NCBI GenBank assembly: GCA_016926395.1
Contig: JAFGOT010000035.1
Location: forward strand, 692-64,691
Length of the DNA stretch: 64,000 bases
Direction of reading: 5' to 3'
Source of the DNA: Candidatus Woesearchaeota archaeon
Lineage (GTDB): Archaea > Nanobdellota > Nanobdellia > Woesearchaeales > SKGA01
The notes beneath the pieces are model-generated. The model did no database searches and was not told where the DNA came from. It saw only the letters and a program-made list of their open reading frames with translations. A program made the translations under genes and the position numbers. This document shows, one piece after another, positions 18,099-27,163 of the stretch (its first letter is position 1; every line of letters begins with the position of its first letter).

Positions 18099-18806
18099 GT
18101 GGGATTTCTAGGTTTAGGGAAGAAAAAAAGCAAAACAGTGGCATCGAATGCATTAGAGACTCTTCCAAACATGCCTTCTTCACCTGCAAGTCAGCCACCA
18201 ATACCCGATGTTCCTACTCCTGTTCCTCTTGAAGTAACTTCTGATTTACTTAATAATACTTCTACGTCCATTCCTGTTCCTGAAAATTCCTCTCCTGATG
18301 AACTTTCTTCATCACAAGAACCCGTTCCTACTAACAACGAACTCGTTTCTGATACAAAAGAAACTCTAAGTTTACCTGATACTCCTGATGAGTCTTCTTT
18401 TGACGATCTTCCTGATTTTTCCGAGGATGATTTTTCCGCTCCTCCTCCACCAAGTTTGGTGTCTGATGAGAAACCAGTTGTAACCCAAGAGCCAAAAAAG
18501 ATAATTTCCAATAATAAAACTAGCTTATTTGCTCCTGCTGTTAGCGAATCTAAATCTTCAAGTCCTTTATTTTTTAGTAGTTCTTACGCAGCTTCCCAAG
18601 GAGTTTTTGTAGCTAGAGCTTCTTACATTTCATTATTAAATTCATTAAAAGAATCTTCAAAAAATGTTGCTTTACTATCAAATAGACAAAAGCATTTAAT
18701 TGATTTTGATAATTCAATGAAAAAATTATTTGACAAAGAATCTGATGCTTTTGAAAAGCTTCATAAAGATATTTTGGCAATCATGCCTTATGTTTCAAAA
18801 AAATAG
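18099..18806 (+). CDS. Hypothetical protein: Pro/Ser/Asp-rich disordered N-terminal half plus a C-terminal helical module
   Basis: GTG start. The C-terminal module resembles the two downstream small proteins. Confidence 0.5.
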   Translation: MGFLGLGKKKSKTVASNALETLPNMPSSPASQPPIPDVPTPVPLEVTSDLLNNTSTSIPVPENSSPDELSSSQEPVPTNNELVSDTKETLSLPDTPDESSFDDLPDFSEDDFSAPPPPSLVSDEKPVVTQEPKKIISNNKTSLFAPAVSESKSSSPLFFSSSYAASQGVFVARASYISLLNSLKESSKNVALLSNRQKHLIDFDNSMKKLFDKESDAFEKLHKDILAIMPYVSKK

Positions 18807-18815
18807 GTGTTATAG

Positions 18816-19040
18816 ATGGAAAAATCCCCTTTATTTGTAAAAGTTGAAGAATATGATCAAATACTTGATGTTGTTGATAAAATTAAGGAAAGAATTTCTT
18901 CAGTTCATGAAACTCTTTCTGAAATTAAACAACTAAGATCTGAAGAAGAACGAGCTATAGCTGACTGGGAAACTGGCGTAGCTCAAGTTGAAAAACGACT
19001 TGCAGAAGTTGATAAAATACTTTTTGAACCAGAGCAGTAA
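18816..19040 (+). CDS. Hypothetical small coiled-coil protein (paralogue set, member 2)
   Basis: 74 aa: PLFVKVEEYDQILDVVDKIKERI... followed by a heptad-like helix. Confidence 0.55.
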   Translation: MEKSPLFVKVEEYDQILDVVDKIKERISSVHETLSEIKQLRSEEERAIADWETGVAQVEKRLAEVDKILFEPEQ

Positions 19041-19043
19041 AAA

Positions 19044-19412
19044 ATGAATGAAGATTATTTTGTAAGTATTGCGGATCCTGTCTTTTTAGAGAAGTCTTTA
19101 CTTTCAGATGTTAAAGCGTCTATTGAATTTTCCATCATCAACCAAAAAATCCAAGATATTAAAATAAAAAAAGCAACTCTTTTTAACACTCTTAAATCCG
19201 ATCTTGATTCTATTTCAGCTTTATTGACTGAACTTGACGAAAAACTTCCTCATAAAGATTTGTTAATTCCTGAAAAACCAAAACCTGTTTCTAAATCATC
19301 CACTTCAAAGAAGAAAGCAGCTGTTAAGAAAGTATCAACTTCAATTTCTAAACTTGATAAATTAAATCATTCTTTAGCGGAGATTGAGCGGAGACTTAAG
19401 GATTTGTCCTAG
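19044..19412 (+). CDS. Hypothetical coiled-coil protein (paralogue set, member 3)
   Basis: 122 aa: DYFVSIADPVFLEKSLLSDVK..., a Lys-rich linker and a terminal amphipathic helix. Confidence 0.55.
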   Translation: MNEDYFVSIADPVFLEKSLLSDVKASIEFSIINQKIQDIKIKKATLFNTLKSDLDSISALLTELDEKLPHKDLLIPEKPKPVSKSSTSKKKAAVKKVSTSISKLDKLNHSLAEIERRLKDLS

Positions 19413-19472
19413 ATTTATTTGGTTAATTTTTTAAATGCTTCATCCTTCCTAGAATTTACGCTCCAATGTCAC

Positions 19473-19608
19473 GCGGGGATGCCGGAGCGGCCAAACGGGA
19501 TGGACTCAAGCGTCAAAAGCATTGAGTGAAGAGCCGGATTTTCCGGCTATGACTGAGCAATCCATTGGCTTAGTGCCTACAAGGGTTCGAATCCCTTTCC
19601 CCGCACCA
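19473..19608 (+). tRNA. tRNA-Leu (anticodon CAA) with a 49-nt intron; CCA is encoded
   Basis: Folded by hand. Acceptor GCGGGGA/TCCCCGC, 3-bp D stem, anticodon stem ATGGA/TCCAT, loop CTCAAG..A, long variable arm (GGC-TTAGT-GCC), T arm AAGGG-TTCGAAT-CCCTT, discriminator A and CCA. A TATA-like TTTTTAAAT lies about 40 nt upstream. Confidence 0.9.
19511..19559 (+). other. tRNA intron at the canonical 37/38 position with a bulge-helix-bulge motif
   Basis: The central 4-bp helix is CTCA (19505-19508) paired with TGAG (19554-19557). It is flanked by 3-nt bulges AG|C and CA|A carrying the splice sites. The outer helix is GTC (19512-19514) paired with GAC (19551-19553). Confidence 0.8.
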
Positions 19609-19770
19609 TTTTCTTTAAACTAATTCAAACCATATACTGGATTAAAAACCAAGAGGTTCGAATCGGTTGAATTTATTTAACCCCAAAAATCTTTGATTTT
19701 TGCTTGCCTTTCTCTGTACTTCTCTTTTTTTCATTATATTTTTATACGCTTGATTATTTTATTCTTTTTA

Positions 19771-21078
19771 ATGGTAAATATTATGTCCTTGGGCGGTTCT
19801 CAAGAAGTCGGTCGTAATTGTTTCTATGTGGATGTTGATGAAACTAAAGTAATTTTAGATATGGGTTTTCATCTAGAACAATTTTTAGAACTTTCTGAAG
19901 ATGAATTTTTAACTTCAAAAAATCACACTCTTAGAAAATTTATGAATGGAGGAGCAATTCCCGATATTCGATTGCTTAAACGCGATAGGAAACAAGTTGA
20001 TGCTATTATTTGTTCTCATGCGCATCTCGATCATGTAGCTGCTATTCCTTTCTTAATCAATAAGTTTCGTTGTCCCGTCTACGCCACTCCTTTTACTGCT
20101 AAACTAATTCGTTCTCTATGTCAAGAAAAAAATATTGAATTTGAAATAATTGAAATTCTTCCGGGTGAAACTTTTCATGTTAATAACGTTAAGGTGGAGT
20201 TCATTCAAATTGCTCATTCCACTCCTCAAACGGTTGCTATCGCTCTTCATACTTTGAAGGGTGTTATTCTTTATGCTAATGATTACAAAGAAGATCATAC
20301 TCCTCCTTTTGAGGAAGAAACAGATATAAACCGTATAGCTTCGCTTGCAGGAAAAACTAAAGCTATTTTTCTTGATTCATTATATGCTCCTGATGAAGAT
20401 TTTTGCAAAAGCGAATCTTATGCAAGAGAACAGGTTCTTAATTTGGAAGGTGATTTTTCAAATCATCGAGCAATAATTGCTTCTACTTTTTCATCACACA
20501 TTCATCGTTTACATACGTTAGTTGATTTAGCTGATAAGTTAAATCGTGAAGTTATTTTTGTTGGCCGTTCTCTTTGTAGATATATTGAAGCTGCTAGAGA
20601 TTCTGGTGTTTTGGATTTAACCACCAGAGGTCGTATGCTTAATTTTAAACGGAAAGTAAATTCTTTTTTTAAGAAACCATTTAATCCTAAAGATTATTTT
20701 TTTATAGTTACAGGTCATCAAGGAGAACCAAATGCAGTTTTATCGCGTATGGCGGATGGGATGTTTTCTTTTTCAAAGGATGATGCTGTTTTGTTTTCTT
20801 GTAATGTTATTCCTGTTCCTATATCAATAAATCATCGCTTGGCTTTGGAATCCAAACTTTCTGTTTTTGGTTTATCTATTTACAAAGATGTGCACGTCTC
20901 AGGTCATGCTCACGCAAAAGATCATCGTCATTTAATTTCTCTTTTAAAACCTGACTTTTTGTTTCCAGTTCATGGAATTCCAAAAATGCAAGATGCGATG
21001 GTAAAACTAGCTAGAGAAGAAGGCGTAAAAAATGTTATTTCTTTAAAAGTTGGTGAATTTTTTTCAACTTCTTTTTAA
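19771..21078 (+). CDS. Archaeal RNase J (metallo-beta-lactamase/beta-CASP ribonuclease)
   Basis: GGSQEVGRNCFYV and HAHLDHVAAIPF (HxHxDH), plus a late HVSGHA motif. The internal ATG at 19771 was chosen. Confidence 0.85.
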   Translation: MVNIMSLGGSQEVGRNCFYVDVDETKVILDMGFHLEQFLELSEDEFLTSKNHTLRKFMNGGAIPDIRLLKRDRKQVDAIICSHAHLDHVAAIPFLINKFRCPVYATPFTAKLIRSLCQEKNIEFEIIEILPGETFHVNNVKVEFIQIAHSTPQTVAIALHTLKGVILYANDYKEDHTPPFEEETDINRIASLAGKTKAIFLDSLYAPDEDFCKSESYAREQVLNLEGDFSNHRAIIASTFSSHIHRLHTLVDLADKLNREVIFVGRSLCRYIEAARDSGVLDLTTRGRMLNFKRKVNSFFKKPFNPKDYFFIVTGHQGEPNAVLSRMADGMFSFSKDDAVLFSCNVIPVPISINHRLALESKLSVFGLSIYKDVHVSGHAHAKDHRHLISLLKPDFLFPVHGIPKMQDAMVKLAREEGVKNVISLKVGEFFSTSF

Positions 21079-21181
21079 ATATCTTAGTTGTTTTTAAGTA
21101 ACACAATGTTTATATAGGACGCCCTACTTTTGAAATACTAGAGGAAGGGTGCTTGAACTAGCGCTTTTATATATCCGGGGG

Positions 21182-21925
21182 ATGAATATGAAATTAACTC
21201 TTGCTGAGCCAAAATATCTTAAAGAAAGTGTTTCTATTATTTCTGAAATTGTTACAGAAGCTACAATCAAAGTGAATGAAGATGGGATTGAATTAATTGC
21301 AATGGATCCTGCGAATGTTGCCTTAGTGGTATTTAGATTATTATCTTCCTCTTTTGTGTCTTATGAAATTGATGGTCCTACAAGTATTACTCTAAATCTT
21401 AATAATTTAAAGCAAGTTCTTAGACGAACAAAAGGAGGGGATACTTTAACTTTAGAGCTTGAAGAAAATAAATTAAAAATCGTCCTTCAATCTACTTCTA
21501 AAAGAACTTTTCATCTTCCTTTAATTGATATGGAAGAAAAAGAACAAAAAGTTCCTGAACTTTCTTTTAACACAACCATTGTTACTCAGTCTTCAATATT
21601 AAATGATGGTGTTGATGATGTTGATATTGTTGGTGAAAGTGTAACTTTGGCTTCTAAAGAAGGTCTTTTTTCTATCAGCAGTAAAGGCGACTTAACTAAA
21701 GCCGATGTGGCTATTCCTGCTGATAAAGTAACCAAAGTGGTTGTTGAAGAAGAATCAAAAGCAAAGTACTCTATTGAATATTTAAAGAAAATGATTGCTG
21801 GCGGAAAATTATCTGATGTTGTTCAAATAAAATTTAGCAATGATTATCCATTGAAATTAGAGTATTTAGTTCAAAACAAACTTGAGTTGTCCTTTATTCT
21901 TGCACCTCGAGTTGACAACGACTAG
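21182..21925 (+). CDS. pcn: DNA polymerase sliding clamp PCNA
   Basis: About 245 aa with typical PCNA N-terminus (AEPKYLKESVSIISEIVTEATIKVNEDGIELIAMDPANVALV) and C-terminus (LEYL...LSFILAPRV). SD-like GGGGGA lies upstream. Confidence 0.9.
   Translation: MNMKLTLAEPKYLKESVSIISEIVTEATIKVNEDGIELIAMDPANVALVVFRLLSSSFVSYEIDGPTSITLNLNNLKQVLRRTKGGDTLTLELEENKLKIVLQSTSKRTFHLPLIDMEEKEQKVPELSFNTTIVTQSSILNDGVDDVDIVGESVTLASKEGLFSISSKGDLTKADVAIPADKVTKVVVEEESKAKYSIEYLKKMIAGGKLSDVVQIKFSNDYPLKLEYLVQNKLELSFILAPRVDND
21905..21924 (+). repeat. Direct repeat copy 1 (last codons of PCNA)
   Basis: CCTCGAGTTGACAACGACTA is repeated exactly 60 bp downstream. Confidence 0.9.
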
Positions 21926-21964
21926 TTGTTAAAAAGAGACTCAATAATTTTTAATTATTGTTTG

Positions 21965-21984
21965 CCTCGAGTTGACAACGACTA
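21965..21984 (+). repeat. Direct repeat copy 2 (intergenic duplicate of the PCNA 3' end)
   Basis: Identical 20-mer CCTCGAGTTGACAACGACTA. Confidence 0.9.
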
Positions 21985-22051
21985 ACTATTTTCATTTCTT
22001 TTTATGCTCTTTTTAGATAGTTTTATATCTTATTTGTTTTAAAAGTTTTTT

Positions 22052-23229
22052 GTGTTAAATATACATCGAAAACATAGAAAACTTTCCAGAGGAAAAGAAT
22101 TATCTTTTTTAGGTTTGTTTGTGGCTATTGGCTTAGCTTGTATTGATTCAATATGGGCTTTGTACATGAATGGTTTTGGTCTATCAGAATCAAGAATTGG
22201 TTTTATCTCTGCATTTTTAGTTATTTTAAGCATCCTATTCACTATTTTTTCAACACCTATAATTGAGTATTTTAAACAAACAAAAATACTATTTTTTAGT
22301 TTAATATCTTCTGTTGTTGCTTACTTTTTTATTGGTTTAGTTGATAGTTTGTCTTTTTTTCTTGCAATGGCTGCTTTATTGACGATCTCAGGAATTTTGC
22401 GTGTTGAGTGTTTAGATATTCTTTTTAGAGACAACACTCCAAAAAAAGACTTGAATAAAGAAGAGGGTTTTCTTTATAGTTTGTTAAATTTAGGTTGGCT
22501 TATTGGTCCTTTAATTGCTGGTTTTTTTATGCTAAAATTTAATTTAGCTTCCGTGTTTTTTGTTTCTGCATTTTTTTTCCTGATTAGTTAATCTTGTTTT
22601 CCATAACTAGCGTGAAAGATGTTTCCAAACCAAGAAAATCCTATGATACTAATTATTTAAGGAATATCAAAGATTTTTTTTCAAATAAGAAACTTCATCT
22701 ACCTTATATTATGGCAACGGGTGTTGAGGTGTGGTGGTCTTTAGTTTATATCTATGTTCCTTTATTTATGATAAAAAATAATTTGTCAGATTCCTCTGTT
22801 GCACTATTTTTCTCTTTGATAATTGTTCCTCTAGTTATATTAGAAAACAAAGTGGGAAATTTATCTTCAAAAAAAGGATTTCGTTTCTTTTTTGTTGGTG
22901 GATTTTTAGGATTAGTTTTAATCTCTCTTTTTCTATTTTTTACTTCTAATATTATTTATCAGTTGGTTTTAATTGTTATTGGTAGTGTTTTTGTATCTTT
23001 TTTAGAACCTATTCAAGATACTTTCTTTTTCAAACAAGTGTTAACTTCGGACGAAGAAAAGTATTATCCCTTATTTTCTTCTTCTGCTGACTTGGGTGGT
23101 TTTTTAGGAAAGTTTGTTATTGCGGCGTTCCTTTTATTTTTACCAAACAAGTATGCTTATGCTAGTATGTTCTTTATGATGTTGTTTTTTGTCTTTATGG
23201 CTCTTAGAATTCCTAAGAATAAAAAGTAA
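22052..23229 (+). pseudogene. MFS transporter interrupted by a frameshift (or expressed as two 6-TM halves)
   Basis: ORF 22052-22591 carries TM1-6 and stops at TAA within TM6. ORF 22594-23229, in a different frame, continues with the central loop and TM7-12. The frames overlap only around 22585-22596. Confidence 0.5.
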
Positions 23230-23232
23230 TTT

Positions 23233-23868
23233 TTATTCTTTATTTGATTCTTTTTTTAATCCTATTATCTTGAAGATAAAATGTATTATTCTAAGAATTG
23301 ATTCTAAGACAACGATAAATAATAGGAAGAAAAGCATTGTATCTATCATTGATAAAAATTCTAATCCTTTTGTTACTAGTTCAGATAACGGGATTGCGTG
23401 CATATCAATAACATAAACTCCTAAAAATGCAAACGGAATCATCTTTGCTAAATCTTTTGATAAGTCGCTATTGTAGTGTGCTGCAATTCTTATCGCACCG
23501 ATTATTGCCATTGAAACAAGCATTATTTGGCTTGGTGTATTGCTGCTAAGAAGTAATAGTAGTCCTGCTAAAACAAAGAACCAAAAGAAAACCGCTATTG
23601 GTGCGATTATTAAATATTCTAGCGTGTAAAAAATTCCTTTCATAAATGTTGTTAAAAAGCTTTCTCGCCATTCGTATTTTTTGTGCCAATGTCTTTTTAT
23701 GATATCTTTATCTGCAAGAAATCTGTAAAATTTAAAGATAAAAAAAGAGTATATGAATATTCCAATTGTCAACAATATTAGTGGTTTTAATTCTCCAAAA
23801 ACGTGGCTTGTTTGTGTGCCTAAAATCGCGGTTGCATTAGTTGCGTTTAGTGTTATGTTAACTGCCAT
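23233..23868 (-). CDS. Hypothetical integral membrane protein
   Basis: 211 aa with about 5-6 hydrophobic helices and no recognisable motif. Confidence 0.55.
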   Translation of the reverse strand: MAVNITLNATNATAILGTQTSHVFGELKPLILLTIGIFIYSFFIFKFYRFLADKDIIKRHWHKKYEWRESFLTTFMKGIFYTLEYLIIAPIAVFFWFFVLAGLLLLLSSNTPSQIMLVSMAIIGAIRIAAHYNSDLSKDLAKMIPFAFLGVYVIDMHAIPLSELVTKGLEFLSMIDTMLFFLLFIVVLESILRIIHFIFKIIGLKKESNKE

Positions 23869-23959
23869 TGATGTTTTTTTTCGCTTTTAAGGTTATAAAC
23901 TTTTTTATAAATGAATTTTTGCGCTCAGCTTGGCTAAGCTAAACTTAACTTTATAAATA

Positions 23960-25405
23960 ATGCCTTGTTTTGATACTTTTATGTACAATGGGATAATCAT
24001 TAGGCTTAGTGAGATGGGCCTTAAAAGTCGTCGTAAGCGTCCTTTTTTTGAACGTATGGCAATCAATGCTATTCAAGATGCTTTTTCAAGAAATGGTATT
24101 GGAGATTATAAATTAAAAAATATTGGACAGATGTTTTTTTTAAAAACCGATAATGTTCAAGATATGATTCCTGTTCTAAAAAAAGTTCCTGGTATTCAAC
24201 ATTTTTCTCCTTGTATTTCTTTTCCTTTTGTTTCTTATGATGCTACTGTAGCCCAAACTGTTAAACTTGCAAAACCTCTAATTGAAAATAAAACTTTTAG
24301 AGTTACTGCAAAAAGATCTGGCGTATCAGGATTTACTTCCATGGATCTTGCTGCTAAGTGTGGTGAAGATTTGATGGATTTTAGTGCAGGTGTATCTCTT
24401 AGAAACTCCGATATCAATGTTGTCATCGAAGTTCGTGGTCCTGATTGTTTTTTTTATACTGATTCTGTTAGTGGTTTAGGGGGAATGCCGCCAAAAAGCG
24501 CGGGTACATCTCTTTGTTTATTTAGCGGCGGTCTTGATAGTCCTGTTGCTGCGTATCTTATGCTTAAACGAGGGGTTGTTTTGGATTATGTTTTTGTTAA
24601 TCTTCTAGGAGAAACTGCTCTGGAGCAGGTAGCGCCCGTCTATAATTTTCTAGTGAGCGAATACCAGTATTCTTATCGTCCAACTTTCTGTGAAGTTGAT
24701 GGTAGGGAGTTGGTTGATTTTATTAACAAAAACGTTGAACCAACTTTAAGACAATTAGCTCTTAAAATAGCTTTTTACAAAATATCTGAAATCTTGATCG
24801 AAGAAAATAAAGTTTGGGGTGTTGTAACAGGTGAGGCTCTATCTCAAAAATCATCTCAGACAATTCAAAGCTTGGCCTTCATTCAAGGGCAGTCGTCTGC
24901 ATTTGTTCTTAGACCTTTACTTTCTATGGATAAATCCGATATTATTGCAATAGCTCAACAAATTGGCACTTTTGCTTCTTCCCAAAACGTTCAAGAAATG
25001 TGTAGTTTATCTGATGGTCCTGTTACTGCTGTTCCTGTAAAAAAAGATATTGAGCGAATTCCTAACATTGATGCTGTTATTAAAAAGGCTGTTGAAAATG
25101 TTAAAAGAACTAAAGGTTTACTCCCTCAATTTTCTAATTTGAGTTCTGATTCTCCAACTGTTGAGGGCGAAATAATAGTTGATTTGCGTATTCCTTCTGC
25201 TACAAAACAAGATCCAATTAAATTTGATTATAATTTTCCATATCCTGATATCTTAACTAAATTGAATTTGTTTGAAGAAAATAAGACTTACGTTCTTGTG
25301 TGTCCTCATGGTGTTATTGGTCAAGAAGTTGCATATCTTCTTTCAAAAAGAAAAATTAATGCGCGATCTGTTTCAGTTAAAGAATTTTTAAAACATAAAA
25401 ATTAA
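23960..25405 (+). CDS. thiI: tRNA 4-thiouridine synthase ThiI (THUMP + PP-loop + C-terminal rhodanese-like domain)
   Basis: PP-loop SGGLDSPVAAYLM, an N-terminal THUMP-like region, and a C-terminal KTYVLVCPHGVIGQEVAYLL that is collinear with the E. coli ThiI rhodanese loop. Confidence 0.9.
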   Translation: MPCFDTFMYNGIIIRLSEMGLKSRRKRPFFERMAINAIQDAFSRNGIGDYKLKNIGQMFFLKTDNVQDMIPVLKKVPGIQHFSPCISFPFVSYDATVAQTVKLAKPLIENKTFRVTAKRSGVSGFTSMDLAAKCGEDLMDFSAGVSLRNSDINVVIEVRGPDCFFYTDSVSGLGGMPPKSAGTSLCLFSGGLDSPVAAYLMLKRGVVLDYVFVNLLGETALEQVAPVYNFLVSEYQYSYRPTFCEVDGRELVDFINKNVEPTLRQLALKIAFYKISEILIEENKVWGVVTGEALSQKSSQTIQSLAFIQGQSSAFVLRPLLSMDKSDIIAIAQQIGTFASSQNVQEMCSLSDGPVTAVPVKKDIERIPNIDAVIKKAVENVKRTKGLLPQFSNLSSDSPTVEGEIIVDLRIPSATKQDPIKFDYNFPYPDILTKLNLFEENKTYVLVCPHGVIGQEVAYLLSKRKINARSVSVKEFLKHKN

Positions 25406-25502
25406 TTTGCTTTTTTTATTCCTTTCTGCAAAGTCACTTTTATGCGTTTGCAGTTCTTTTATTCTGTTATGTGGTTGGTCCTATTGTTGCCTTTTTGACT
25501 AA

Positions 25503-27080
25503 TTATTCGACAGCATATGTTTTTATTATTTTTATTTTATTTCTGAAATTAACATCTTTGCTTACTTGGATTGGTTTTGCTTGTCCTGCTTTAGCTAACA
25601 TTTCAGTGTTTAGTTTAGTGTATGTGTTTTCTTCTGCAATGCTAAGAATTGGACTTTTCATTCTTCCAAATTCATTTCTTGTTTCTTTGTATGTTAGAAT
25701 TCTTTGTTGTAAATAATTATCAAATCTTAAAATTATTTTTTTAGCTTCTTCTTTTTTTAATTCTCCGCTCGTTAATTCTATTATTAATTCATATCGTGGT
25801 TTTTCTTGGAGTGATTGGATAAATGGCGTGACTGTAAATCCTGATATTGAAATGTTTTTTAGAGCTTCTTGTGCACATTTTATTATTTCTGTTTGCGGTG
25901 CGTGCTCTTCTGCTATATTTAACCATTTGTTTCTTCCAGCAAACCGAACTATTGGTAGTTTATTTTTAAAATCAATAATTTCTACAATATCTTCAATATC
26001 ATATCTATATAATCCTTCTTGTGTTGTCATTATTATTTTGTATTTTTTTCCTTTTTCTACTTCGTCGATTAACTTAATTTCTCCAAATGCATCATCATTT
26101 TTGTATTCTTGAAACTCAAAGAAGTTTTCGTTTGCTACTATTACTCCTGCATCTTCATAGTCGGTAACTCCTAAACTTATTCTTCCCTCGCTTGAAAATA
26201 TTCCTGGGTCTCTAACCGGAATGTCTTTTCCTATTTTCCTTAACAATTCGTCTATATACATTCCGTGAGTTTCTGTCTTTATGCAACTTATTAGCATTAA
26301 ATCAGGCCACAAATTGATTGGTTTCCAATCCACGTGTTTTAGCTTTTCCACTAATTTATTTTTTCCTCTTTTTGTTAATTCTTCTAAAAGTTCTTCTTTG
26401 TGTTTTTGCAAATAATCAATAAAAATTATTGCTTGAATAGGCGAGGCAGTTCCTATTTGTGTTATTTTACTATCGAGAGCTAAGAGTGAGACTTCAAACA
26501 TTTTTTTCTCGAAGTCTAATTCATCCATCAGTTCGTCAGGTATTACTAATCCTTTTTTTACTATCTTAGGTGTATTCCTTGTAACGTATCCAGAAATGTT
26601 TCCATGTTCAATTCCTCCTTCTGTAAATCCATTGGAGCTATTAGCTGCAAAGTAAAGTGTTTTGCCTGTTGCTAATTTTGGAAATCTTTTAAGCATACTT
26701 ACACTCCATATTGCAAACTCTTCTCTAAATTGATCAATTCTTGTTTTTGTTATGGGAATATATTTTGCTTCATTAGTTGTTCCACTCGTAGTCGCAAAAA
26801 ATTTAACTTTCCTTTTCGTTAGAACGTTTTGTTTGCCTTTTTTTATCTCTTCAATGTATGGTAAGTAATCTTCATATTTGCTTATAGGGATGTTTTTTTG
26901 GAAATCTTTTGTTGTTCTGATTTTTTTAAATTCGTGCTCTTTTCCAAATGTTGTTTTTCTATTTTTTATTAGAATTTTTGCTAGTAAGAACTTTTGAACG
27001 TGTTTTGGATTAACCTGCGAGGCTAAATATCTCTCAACGTAACGTGATTTTCCAAGTAAACGAGGGATGTGCATACACAT
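25503..27080 (-). CDS. GH3-family acyl-acid amido synthetase-like protein (adenylate-forming)
   Basis: FATTSGTTNEAKYIPIT (the SSGTT-type AMP-binding motif of GH3 proteins), YRYDIEDIVE, about 525 aa. Confidence 0.8.
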   Translation of the reverse strand: MCMHIPRLLGKSRYVERYLASQVNPKHVQKFLLAKILIKNRKTTFGKEHEFKKIRTTKDFQKNIPISKYEDYLPYIEEIKKGKQNVLTKRKVKFFATTSGTTNEAKYIPITKTRIDQFREEFAIWSVSMLKRFPKLATGKTLYFAANSSNGFTEGGIEHGNISGYVTRNTPKIVKKGLVIPDELMDELDFEKKMFEVSLLALDSKITQIGTASPIQAIIFIDYLQKHKEELLEELTKRGKNKLVEKLKHVDWKPINLWPDLMLISCIKTETHGMYIDELLRKIGKDIPVRDPGIFSSEGRISLGVTDYEDAGVIVANENFFEFQEYKNDDAFGEIKLIDEVEKGKKYKIIMTTQEGLYRYDIEDIVEIIDFKNKLPIVRFAGRNKWLNIAEEHAPQTEIIKCAQEALKNISISGFTVTPFIQSLQEKPRYELIIELTSGELKKEEAKKIILRFDNYLQQRILTYKETRNEFGRMKSPILSIAEENTYTKLNTEMLAKAGQAKPIQVSKDVNFRNKIKIIKTYAVE

Positions 27081-27163
27081 TTGTCTAAAAACTCCATTTA
27101 TATATGTTTGTTTAGTTTTTTCCCAAACGTTTTTATAGCTGTTATATATAAAATATTTTGAAG

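Noticed and set aside
19340-19412. ESCRT-III-like MIM motif (LAEIERRLKDL) at the C-terminus of the 122-aa coiled-coil protein, hinting at a Cdv/ESCRT system
   Set aside because: It matches the MIM1 pattern only partially (IxxRLxxL). No Vps4/CdvC, CdvA or Snf7-sized protein is nearby. A short amphipathic helix is too weak as evidence.
19640-19665. Second tRNA suggested by a GGTTCGAATC T-loop-like string
   Set aside because: The flanks cannot form a T stem (AGAGG versus CGGTT), and no acceptor or anticodon arm can be built. I treat it only as a possible degenerate duplicate of the tRNA-Leu T-arm.
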